Assembly (NCBI GenBank): GCA_001644455.1
Contig: LSTF01000001.1
Location: 13,109 to 77,108, forward strand
Direction of reading: 5' to 3'
Length of the DNA stretch: 64,000 nucleotides
DNA from: Betaproteobacteria bacterium SCGC AG-212-J23
GTDB taxonomy: Bacteria; Pseudomonadota; Gammaproteobacteria; Burkholderiales; SG8-39
Under the pieces are notes generated by a model that saw nothing but the letters and a program-made list of their open reading frames with translations, made no database searches and had not been told where the DNA came from. Positions 1 through 7,803 of the stretch are shown here, piece after piece (the first letter of the stretch is position 1; every line of letters starts with the position of its first letter). The translations under genes were made by a program, and so were the position numbers.

Positions 1-432
1 TTTCAGAGCGGCAATCAAGTCCGGAATCGTCTTGATCGGCTTCGACGCGTCGACCGCGATGACGAAGCTGAGCGACGTCAGCGTCGTCACCGGCGCGAAG
101 TCCTTCGCCGGGTCGAAGGGCAGGCTCTTGAAGATGTGCGGCGCGGTGGCGAGCGTCGAGCTCGCCGGGGTGATCATGAGGGTGTAGCCGTCGGCCTTGG
201 ATTTCGCGACGTAGTCGGTGGCGACGGTGCCCTGGTTGCCGGGCTTGTTCTCGACCACCACCGGCTTGCCGGCGAGCTTCGAGAGCCGGTCGCTGTACCA
301 GCGCACGATGATGTCGGCGCCCGAGCCTGCGGAGAAGTTGCAGATCGAGCGGATCTCGCGCGCCGGGTAATCCTGCGCCGGTGCCGGCGCGGCGAAGAGG
401 GTGGCCAGAAGAAAGATTGACGTTCTGCCCAT
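1..432 (-). CDS. Bug/TctC tripartite tricarboxylate transporter substrate-binding protein (3' end runs off the window)
   Basis: Manual translation from ATG 432: MGRTSIFLLATLFAAPAPAQDYPAREIRSICNFSAGSGADIIVRWYSDRLSKLAGKPVVVENKPGNQGTVATDYVAKSKADGYTL. Signal peptide plus Bug motifs; start overlaps the stop of the upstream receiver gene. Confidence 0.9.
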   Translation of the reverse strand, partial: MGRTSIFLLATLFAAPAPAQDYPAREIRSICNFSAGSGADIIVRWYSDRLSKLAGKPVVVENKPGNQGTVATDYVAKSKADGYTLMITPASSTLATAPHIFKSLPFDPAKDFAPVTTLTSLSFVIAVDASKPIKTIPDLIAALK

Positions 433-821
433 CAGCTGGCCTTCTTCGGCAGCAGCCGGCGCACGGCCTTGAGGAGATCCTCCGGCTGGAACGGCTTCGT
501 CAGGTGGCCCTTCGCGCCTTTCCTCACTGCCCAGGCGGCATCGGTCTTGCGCGTCGCGGTGATCATGATCACCGGTACGCGCTCCCAGCCCGGCGTGGTC
601 TTGATCTGCATCATCAGCTCCTCGCCCTTGACGTGAGGCAGCTCGAGGTCGAGCGTCACCAGCGCCGGCGCCCACTGGCTGGTGATGAACACCTTCGCCT
701 CCAGGCCGTCGGCGGCGTGCCGGACCTCGAAGCCTTCGTACTCGAGGACGAGGCGGATCAGCTTCGCCGTGGCCTCGTCGTCCTCGACGACCAGGATGGC
801 CGGCTTATCGGATAGAGTCAT
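432..821 (-). CDS. Single-domain response regulator (CheY-like receiver)
   Basis: ILVVEDD...LVTLDLELP...PVIMITA...KPF receiver motifs. Start 821 or 827 preferred over the ORF-track 890, which lies inside the thiolase. Confidence 0.85.
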   Translation of the reverse strand: MTLSDKPAILVVEDDEATAKLIRLVLEYEGFEVRHAADGLEAKVFITSQWAPALVTLDLELPHVKGEELMMQIKTTPGWERVPVIMITATRKTDAAWAVRKGAKGHLTKPFQPEDLLKAVRRLLPKKAS

Positions 822-825
822 CGCC

Positions 826-2112
826 ATGGCCAACATACCACGCCGCGTCGCGATCCTCGGCGGCGCCCGCATTCCCTTCGCGCGCGCCAATACCGCCTAC
901 GCCGAGGCGAGCAACCAGGACATGCTCACGGCGGCCTTCAAGGCCCTGGTTCAGAAATTCGATCTGAAAAATCAAAAAATGGGCGAGGTCGCCGCCGGCG
1001 CGGTGATCAAGCACTCGCGCGACTGGAACCTGGCGCGCGAGTGCACGCTCGGCTCGGGGCTGCATCCCGAGACGCCCGCGTACGACCTGCAGCGCGCCTG
1101 CGGCACCAGCCTCTCCGCCGCGGCGCAGCTCGCGCACCGCATCGCCGCGGGCGAGATCGACTGCGCGATCGCCGGCGGCGTCGACAGCGCGAGCGACATC
1201 CCCCTCTCGTACGGGAAGAAGCTGCAGCGCGCCGTGCTCAAGCTGAACCGGGCAAGGACCTTCGGCGAGCGCCTCGGCACCATCGGCTCGGTGCGGTTGC
1301 GCGACCTCAAGCCGATGCCGCCGAGCGTCGGCGAGCCGCGCACCGGCCTGTCGATGGGCCAGCACTGCGAGGAGATGGCGAAGGAATGGAAGATCGGCCG
1401 CCGCGAGCAGGACGAGCTCGCGCTCGCTAGCCATCACCATGCGGCAAAGGCGTGGAAGGACGGGTTCTTCAAGGATCTGGTCTTCGAATTCAATTCGCTG
1501 AAGACAGACAACAACGTGCGCGCCGATACCTCGCTGGAAAAGCTCTCGACGCTGAAGACCGCGTTCGATCGTAGCGCGGCGGGCACGCTCACTGCCGGCA
1601 ACAGCTCGCCGCTCACTGACGGCGCGGCTTGCGTGCTGCTGGCCAGCGAGGAATGGGCTGCTTCGAGAAAAATTCCTGTCCAGGCGTATTTGTCTTTCAC
1701 GGAAACCGCGGCGGTCGACTTTGTCGGCATGGCGGGGCCCAAGGAAGGCATGCTGATGGCGCCGGCCTATGCCGTGCCGCGCATGCTCGACCGGGCGAAG
1801 CTGAAGCTGCAGGACTTCGACATCTACGAGATCCACGAGGCTTTCGCGGCGCAGGTGCTCTGCACGCTCAAGGCCTGGGAATCGGAAGATTTTTGTCGAA
1901 AGAAATTGAATCGATCTGCACTGGGGGCGATCGATCGAAACAAGATGAACCCCGTCGGTTCCAGCGTCGCCCTTGGCCATCCCTTCGCGGCCACCGGCGC
2001 GCGCATCGTCGCGACGCTGGCGAAGGAGCTCGCGCAGCGCGGCTCGGGGCGCGGCCTGATCTCGATCTGCGCCGCCGGCGGCATGGGCGTCACGGCCATC
2101 CTGGAGCGATAA
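826..2112 (+). CDS. Acetyl-CoA C-acyltransferase (thiolase)
   Basis: RVAILGGARIPF, catalytic QRACGTS, EIHEAFAAQ, GHPFAATG and ICAAGGMG motifs. Confidence 0.95.
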   Translation: MANIPRRVAILGGARIPFARANTAYAEASNQDMLTAAFKALVQKFDLKNQKMGEVAAGAVIKHSRDWNLARECTLGSGLHPETPAYDLQRACGTSLSAAAQLAHRIAAGEIDCAIAGGVDSASDIPLSYGKKLQRAVLKLNRARTFGERLGTIGSVRLRDLKPMPPSVGEPRTGLSMGQHCEEMAKEWKIGRREQDELALASHHHAAKAWKDGFFKDLVFEFNSLKTDNNVRADTSLEKLSTLKTAFDRSAAGTLTAGNSSPLTDGAACVLLASEEWAASRKIPVQAYLSFTETAAVDFVGMAGPKEGMLMAPAYAVPRMLDRAKLKLQDFDIYEIHEAFAAQVLCTLKAWESEDFCRKKLNRSALGAIDRNKMNPVGSSVALGHPFAATGARIVATLAKELAQRGSGRGLISICAAGGMGVTAILER

Positions 2113-2123
2113 GCTCTCCGGTC

Positions 2124-4859
2124 ATGGGGGTCTCGCTCATCCTCGGCGGCGCGGTCGGCGCCATGGCATTCGGCGCGGTGATGGTGTTCGTCTCGCGCCG
2201 CGCCGACCACGTCTCGCTCTGGCTCGGCTGCTTCCTCGTCTGCGTGGCGACGGAGATCCTGCTCGGCGGCGAAATGGGCCGCGTGGCGGGCATGCTCGGC
2301 CTGCCGTTTCTCGCCGCGTTCCTCGCCGAGGTGAGCCCGGGCAAGTGGCAGCGTCGCGCCGCGATCGCGGTGGCGCTGGTCGGGGTCGCGGCGGCGGCCT
2401 TTGGCGGGATCGGCGTGGTGCAGCTGCTCGCCTTCGGCCTCGTGGGCTGGGCGAGCGTGGTCTCGGTGCAGCTCGCGCGGGAGCGGCGCACCTGGTGGCC
2501 GGTCGTGATCACCGTGATGGCGTTGATGTATCCGTTGCTCACGCTCGGCTTCTTCGATCCGCCGGCGCTCGAGCCCGCGGGCTTTCTCTCCTACGTGGTC
2601 GCGCCGGGCGTGATCCTGACGCGGCGCGCGATCCGCGCCTTCGACGCCGAGGCGCGGCGCGCGCTCGACCAGGCGAAGTTCGCCACGGACGTGTTCGACT
2701 CGGTGCCGGTGGCGCTGTCGATGCGCGACCTCGACGGCCGCTACGTGTTCGTCAACCGCACCTGGGAGAAGTACTACGGCAACCTGCGCGACCGGGTCAT
2801 CGGCACCAGTCCGCGCGACCGCGCCACCCCGGAAGAGGCGAAGGCGCTGCTCGCGCTCGACAAGGCGGCGCTCGACGCCGGCCCGAACCAGCCGACGCCG
2901 CCCGCGGATTTCACGCTCGGCGACAAGCGCTACCTGCAGACGCGCACGGCGATGGTCGATTCGCAGGGCAAGCTGCTCGGCGTGCTCACTGCGAGCATCG
3001 ATACCAGCGAGCGCAAGGCGATGGAAGAGGCGCTCGCCATGGAGCAGCAGCGCCTCGCGCTGGTGGTGCACTCCTCCAAGCTCGGCATGCTCGACTGGGA
3101 CGCCGCGACGCGCAGCGCGTACTACTCGCCGCGCTTCAAGGAGATCCTCGGCTACGCGCCCGACGCCGACACCTCGGGCTGGCCGGACTACTTCGACCTG
3201 CTGCATCCCGAGGACGCGCCCAGCGTGAAGAAGCGCTTCCGCGACCACATCATCGGCAGCCGCGACGATTTCCACGAGGCGCTCGACTACCGGCTGCGCC
3301 GTGCCGACGGCAAGTACATCTGGGTGCAGGCGCAGGGCATCTCGGTGCGCGACGAGAAAGGCTACGCCCGGCGCTTCATCGCCACGCTCACCGACATCAC
3401 CCAGCGCCGCGCGCAGGAGGAGGCGATGCGCGAGAGCATGCACCTGCGCGAAGAAGTGGAGCGCATGTCGCGCCACGACCTGAAGACGCCGCTGAACAGC
3501 GTCATCGCCGTATCGCGCCTGCTGCGCCAGAGCGCGAACCTGTCGCGCGACGACGAGGAGCTGCTGTCGATCGTCGAGCGCGCCGGCTACCGCATCCTGT
3601 CGATGGTGAATCTCTCGCTCGATCTCTTCAAGATGGAGCAGGGCACCTACCAGTTCCGCGCGCAGGCGGTCGATCTCTCGGAAGTGGTGCGCAAGGTCGC
3701 CGCCGACCTCGAGAGCCAGGCGGCGTCGAAGGACGTGGTGATCAACCTCAAGCAGTCGGGCCACGCCACCGCGCGCGCCGAGGAAGTGCTGTCCTACTCG
3801 ATGCTCGCCAACCTGGTGAAGAACGCGATCGAAGCCGCGCCCGAGGGCGGCGTGGTCACGGTGACGGTGGAAGGCGCGGGCGACAACGTCGCGGTGCACA
3901 TCCACAACCCCGGCGAGATCTCGCCGCGGGTGCGGCCGCGCTTCTTCGAGAAGTACGTCACCACCGGCAAGGGCGGCGGCGTCGGCCTCGGCGCCTACTC
4001 GGCGCGCCTGATGGCGCGCGTGCAGGAAGGCGAGCTCACCATGCACAGCGAAGCCGGACCCGGCACCACGCTCTCGGTGCGCATGCGCGCCGCACATGCC
4101 CAGCAGCCGAGTGAAGAGCGCGCCTCGGCGCCGACCGCCTCGCCGGGCGAGCGCCTGCCGGTGCTGCCGGCGCTCAAGGTGCTGGTGGTCGACGACGACG
4201 AGTTCAACCGCCTGGTGTTCCGCCGCATGCTGCCCACCCCGCCGCTCGAGCTCACCATGGCGGTGAACGGCCGCGCCGCGCTCGACGCGGCGAAGGGCGA
4301 CTTTCCCGACGTGGTGCTGCTCGACCTCGAGATGCCGGTGATGGACGGCTACGAGGCCGCCGGCCGGCTGCGCAAGCTGCAGACCCAGCTGAAGAAGCCG
4401 CTGCGCATCATCGCCATCTCCTCGAACGACGATTCGCGCTCGATCGAGCGCGCGCTCAACTCCGGCTGCGACGAGTACCTGGTGAAGCCGGCGCCGCGCG
4501 AGGCGCTGTGGGCGGCGCTGGCGGGAAGCGAGACCACGCCGGCGAGGAAGAAGGAAGAAGATGCCCATGAAAAAGATCCCGTCGATCTCGACGCGGATCT
4601 GCGGGCGACGCTGCCCGACTTCCTGCGCTCGCGGCGCGAGGCGCTCGACGAGCTGCCGCAGGCGCTCGCCGCCGGCGACCGCGAGAAATTCCGCCGCCTG
4701 GCGCACAAGCTCGCCGGCAGCTTCGCGCTCTACGGATTCAAGTGGGCGGGCGCGCAGTGCCGCGCGCTGCAGGACGCGGCGGCGCAGGGCGAAGCCGCCG
4801 ATCTTTCGCGCCGCGTGAGCGCGCTGCGCACGCATCTCGACAAGGTGGAGATCCGCTGA
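2124..4859 (+). CDS. Membrane hybrid sensor histidine kinase (TM-PAS-PAS-HisKA-HATPase-REC-Hpt)
   Basis: Hydrophobic N-terminus, two PAS/PAC segments, RHDLKTPL H-box, NLVKNAIE, GVGLG, VLVVDDD receiver and LAHKLAGS Hpt. Confidence 0.92.
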   Translation: MGVSLILGGAVGAMAFGAVMVFVSRRADHVSLWLGCFLVCVATEILLGGEMGRVAGMLGLPFLAAFLAEVSPGKWQRRAAIAVALVGVAAAAFGGIGVVQLLAFGLVGWASVVSVQLARERRTWWPVVITVMALMYPLLTLGFFDPPALEPAGFLSYVVAPGVILTRRAIRAFDAEARRALDQAKFATDVFDSVPVALSMRDLDGRYVFVNRTWEKYYGNLRDRVIGTSPRDRATPEEAKALLALDKAALDAGPNQPTPPADFTLGDKRYLQTRTAMVDSQGKLLGVLTASIDTSERKAMEEALAMEQQRLALVVHSSKLGMLDWDAATRSAYYSPRFKEILGYAPDADTSGWPDYFDLLHPEDAPSVKKRFRDHIIGSRDDFHEALDYRLRRADGKYIWVQAQGISVRDEKGYARRFIATLTDITQRRAQEEAMRESMHLREEVERMSRHDLKTPLNSVIAVSRLLRQSANLSRDDEELLSIVERAGYRILSMVNLSLDLFKMEQGTYQFRAQAVDLSEVVRKVAADLESQAASKDVVINLKQSGHATARAEEVLSYSMLANLVKNAIEAAPEGGVVTVTVEGAGDNVAVHIHNPGEISPRVRPRFFEKYVTTGKGGGVGLGAYSARLMARVQEGELTMHSEAGPGTTLSVRMRAAHAQQPSEERASAPTASPGERLPVLPALKVLVVDDDEFNRLVFRRMLPTPPLELTMAVNGRAALDAAKGDFPDVVLLDLEMPVMDGYEAAGRLRKLQTQLKKPLRIIAISSNDDSRSIERALNSGCDEYLVKPAPREALWAALAGSETTPARKKEEDAHEKDPVDLDADLRATLPDFLRSRREALDELPQALAAGDREKFRRLAHKLAGSFALYGFKWAGAQCRALQDAAAQGEAADLSRRVSALRTHLDKVEIR

Positions 4860-4869
4860 TGGTGAGCCA

Positions 4870-5241
4870 ATGAGCAACCCGCGCATCCTGGTGGTCGACG
4901 ACGACGAAGCGGTGCTGACCTTCTGGAAGATGAAGCTCGCTTCGCGCTACGAGGTGGTGACGACCAGCGCTCCCGAGAGCGTGCTCGCCATGGCGCGGCG
5001 CGAGAAGCCGCAGCTCATCCTCTGCGACGTCGACATGCCGGACGTGGACGGCGGCGACATCTCGAGCGCGCTGTTCGCGGACGACGAGCTGCGCGGCATC
5101 CCGGTGCTCTTCCTCACCGGCCTGGTCGGGCCGGCGGAGCTGAAGGGCCTCGCCGGCCAGCTCGGCGGCCGCGCCGCGGTGTCGAAGAGCGAGCCGGTCG
5201 AGGCGATCGTCGCCCGGATCGAGTCGCTGCTCGCCCGCTAG
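4870..5241 (+). CDS. Single-domain response regulator
   Basis: ILVVDDD, ILCDVDMP, PVLFLT; directly follows the hybrid kinase. Confidence 0.9.
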   Translation: MSNPRILVVDDDEAVLTFWKMKLASRYEVVTTSAPESVLAMARREKPQLILCDVDMPDVDGGDISSALFADDELRGIPVLFLTGLVGPAELKGLAGQLGGRAAVSKSEPVEAIVARIESLLAR

Positions 5242-5966
5242 AAGACGAGATCGACGCCGAGCAGCAGGCCGATGCCGCCGGCGCGGATCGGCGACTTGAG
5301 GAGGTTGTCGTCGGCGTTCTCGCGCGCCGAATACGCGGTGAGGTAGCCCAGGCCGCCGCGGATCTGGAAGTTCTTGCCCAGCGCGTGCGTGACCGAGATG
5401 TCGCCGCTCGAGGCGCTGGTCACGCCTTCCTTCTTGCCGCCGATGAATTGCAGGAAGCGAAGCTGCAGGGCGGTCGAGCTGGCGAAGCGCCAGATGCCGC
5501 CCAGGCCGATGACGCCGCCGGCATTGCTCAGGCGCTCCGACGCGGTCAGGCCGGTCGCTTCGCCTTTCAGGCCGAGCCCGGCCCAGCCGGCGCCGATCAC
5601 GCCTTCGAGGGCGAACTGGCTGTCGCCGAACCAGAAGCGCGGCCGGTAGCCGACGTGCGCGAGCTGGATGTTGCTCGTCCACTCGATGTCGCCCGCCGCG
5701 CCGGGGAAGACCGTGCCGCCGAAGACCACCGGCTGGTCGCCGGCCTCGCGGTCCTGCCGGCGCTTCGCCTTGGCGTACGAGAAGCCCGCTTCGATGGCGT
5801 GCGAGCTGCCGGTATGGTTGCGCAGCGTCGAGTCGCCGACGACGTCGATGCTCATGCCGACGTTGCCGATCACGGCGCCGCCGCCCGCCTTGGCGTCGTC
5901 GGTGCTGTTTGCAAGAACCGCGCAGGGCGCGAGGAGCGCGAGCGCGGCGAATCGGAAGATTTTCAT
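5238..5966 (-). CDS. Putative outer-membrane beta-barrel protein
   Basis: RBS GGGAGG before MKIFRFAALALLAPCAVLA signal peptide; alternating beta-strand pattern; C-terminal Phe (GVDLVF). Confidence 0.7.
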   Translation of the reverse strand: MKIFRFAALALLAPCAVLANSTDDAKAGGGAVIGNVGMSIDVVGDSTLRNHTGSSHAIEAGFSYAKAKRRQDREAGDQPVVFGGTVFPGAAGDIEWTSNIQLAHVGYRPRFWFGDSQFALEGVIGAGWAGLGLKGEATGLTASERLSNAGGVIGLGGIWRFASSTALQLRFLQFIGGKKEGVTSASSGDISVTHALGKNFQIRGGLGYLTAYSARENADDNLLKSPIRAGGIGLLLGVDLVF

Positions 5967-6028
5967 GATTCCTCCCTTGGTTTGCCGGCAGCGTACACCA
6001 GCCGCGCGCGGGCCGGCGTGTGATCGAT

Positions 6029-7039
6029 TCACCTCAGACGAAACACGCTTTCGATGTTGTCCTGGTAGAGCTTTTTCCGGTCCGCGTCGCTCATCGGCAT
6101 CTCGTCCGTGACTTTTACCTCGTCGGGCACGAACTGGTAGGGATAGTCCATCGCGTACATCACGCGCTCGATGCCGAGCACCGAGATGCAGAACTGGATC
6201 GCCGGCGCCCACTGCATGCCGCTGGTGGTGACCCAGATGTTCCGCTTGAAATAATCACTCACCTTCATTTCGAGGGGCTTCACCCCCGGATAGCGCTGCG
6301 CTCGCACCATTGAGGCGTGCATGAAGTCGAGGCGGAACAGCCAGAACGGCAGGCCCTCGCCGAGGTGGCCGACGACGATGCGCAGCTTCGGGAAGCGGTC
6401 GAAGACGCCGGCGACGATGATGCGCAGGAGATGCAGCCCGGTCTCGACCGCGAAGCCGTAGATCGCGCCGTCGAGGCCGCGCGGCAGGAACGGCGCGATC
6501 ATCTCGCGCGGCGGCGTGTTGGGATGGATGTAGATCGGCACGTCGAGCGCCTGCGCCGCCTCGAAGATCTCCCAGCACTTCGGGTCGTCGAGGTACGCGC
6601 CCTGCGTGTGCGAGTTGACCACCGCGCCCTTCAGGCCCAGTCCGACCGCGCGCTGCAGTTCCTTCACCGCGTCGCGCGGAGCGTGCGGGGCGATCGCCGC
6701 CAGGCCGGCATACCGATCCGACAGGTGGGCGATGAGTTGGTCGTTCATGTCGCGAGCGAGGGCCACGGCCTCGGTCGCCTCGAAGACCTGCACGCCCGGC
6801 GAGCTGAGCAGGATGAGCTGCTTCGCGATGCCGGTCGCGTCCATGTCGGCGAGGCGCTGCGGGCCGAGGTCCTGGATGCGGCGCACGAGCGCAGTGGCGC
6901 GCTCGGTCGGGCCGAGGAAGAAACCCCACAGGCTGCGGAAGCCCGGGTCCCAGGATTCCGGCTTCTCCTGCAGGAGCTTGCGATAGCGCTCGAGGATTTC
7001 CTTCGGCGCCCAGGCTTCCTCTGCCGCGATGCGGATCAT
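6029..7039 (-). CDS. Amidohydrolase-2 family decarboxylase (LigW/5-carboxyvanillate decarboxylase-like)
   Basis: RIAAEEAW, YIHPNTP, GHLGEGLPF, MYAMDYPY motifs. Confidence 0.8.
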   Translation of the reverse strand: MIRIAAEEAWAPKEILERYRKLLQEKPESWDPGFRSLWGFFLGPTERATALVRRIQDLGPQRLADMDATGIAKQLILLSSPGVQVFEATEAVALARDMNDQLIAHLSDRYAGLAAIAPHAPRDAVKELQRAVGLGLKGAVVNSHTQGAYLDDPKCWEIFEAAQALDVPIYIHPNTPPREMIAPFLPRGLDGAIYGFAVETGLHLLRIIVAGVFDRFPKLRIVVGHLGEGLPFWLFRLDFMHASMVRAQRYPGVKPLEMKVSDYFKRNIWVTTSGMQWAPAIQFCISVLGIERVMYAMDYPYQFVPDEVKVTDEMPMSDADRKKLYQDNIESVFRLR

Positions 7040-7044
7040 TGGAA

Positions 7045-7051
7045 TAGCATA
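7045..7051. promoter_or_regulatory. Bidirectional -10 element TAGCATA serving two divergent leaderless genes
   Basis: TAGCAT (+) and TATGCT (-) each lie exactly 6 nt from an ATG (7057 and 7039) in a 17-bp intergenic gap with no Shine-Dalgarno. Confidence 0.7.
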
Positions 7052-7056
7052 GCCGC

Positions 7057-7794
7057 ATGCGATGGGGGATCGCTCTACTGCTTTCGCTTTGCGCGCTCGC
7101 CGCGAGCGCGGCCCGGACGCTCGAGGAGGACACCCAGTACTACCTCGACCTCCTCAACGAGCCCGATGCGCGCCGCCAGGCCACCGAATTCGAGGCGCTC
7201 TCGGCGATGGGTCTCTCCGATCCGCGCCTGTTCGATGCGGTGCAGGAACGGCTGGTCGTCGATTACGAATTCGCGCGCCTCGTCCGCGAGAACCGCGCCC
7301 GGGTGGCCTGGTACTTCCGCGCGCTGGGCTTCTCCGGCCAGGCGAAGTACGAGCCGACGCTCCGGCGCTTCGTCGACGACAAGACCTACCGCAACTACGC
7401 CATCGCCGCGCTGCGCGACCGGCCGCAGTACGAGAAATGGAACCCGGTGATCTCCTCCCGCGCCGCGTTCGATCCGGGCCTGACCGACGACCAGAACCGG
7501 CTGCTGAACATGCTGCGCGCCGACGATCCGCTGCTTTACCGCGTGGCCGCGAAGCGCGCCTTCCTGACCCACGAGACGAATCCCGCGGTGGCGGGCGCGC
7601 TCGCCGACCGGCTGCGCGCCCTGTACCCGACCGCGACCGACGACGAGAGCGAGGAAACCGCCGGCTGGCTGATCAACGCGCTCGGCCGGGCCGGCGGCGA
7701 AACGGCGGCGACGCTCCTCGGCGAGGTCGCCCGGCGCGCGCCCTCCGACAAGCTGAAGCGGCGCGCCGGAACCGTGCTGAGCCGCGGAAGCTAG
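7057..7794 (+). CDS. Secreted hypothetical alpha-helical (HEAT-like) protein
   Basis: Signal peptide MRWGIALLLSLCALAASA; two similar helical units (AWYFRALG / GWLINALG); host-like codon usage. Confidence 0.7.
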   Translation: MRWGIALLLSLCALAASAARTLEEDTQYYLDLLNEPDARRQATEFEALSAMGLSDPRLFDAVQERLVVDYEFARLVRENRARVAWYFRALGFSGQAKYEPTLRRFVDDKTYRNYAIAALRDRPQYEKWNPVISSRAAFDPGLTDDQNRLLNMLRADDPLLYRVAAKRAFLTHETNPAVAGALADRLRALYPTATDDESEETAGWLINALGRAGGETAATLLGEVARRAPSDKLKRRAGTVLSRGS

Positions 7795-7803
7795 ACTCCC
7801 GGA

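Noticed and set aside
1824-4886. 1020-aa antisense ORF and many other long overlapping ORFs (e.g. 7075-9693, 32687-34246, 59409-60959)
   Set aside because: Shadow frames of GC-rich genes: no motifs, and the opposite frame carries clear family signatures.
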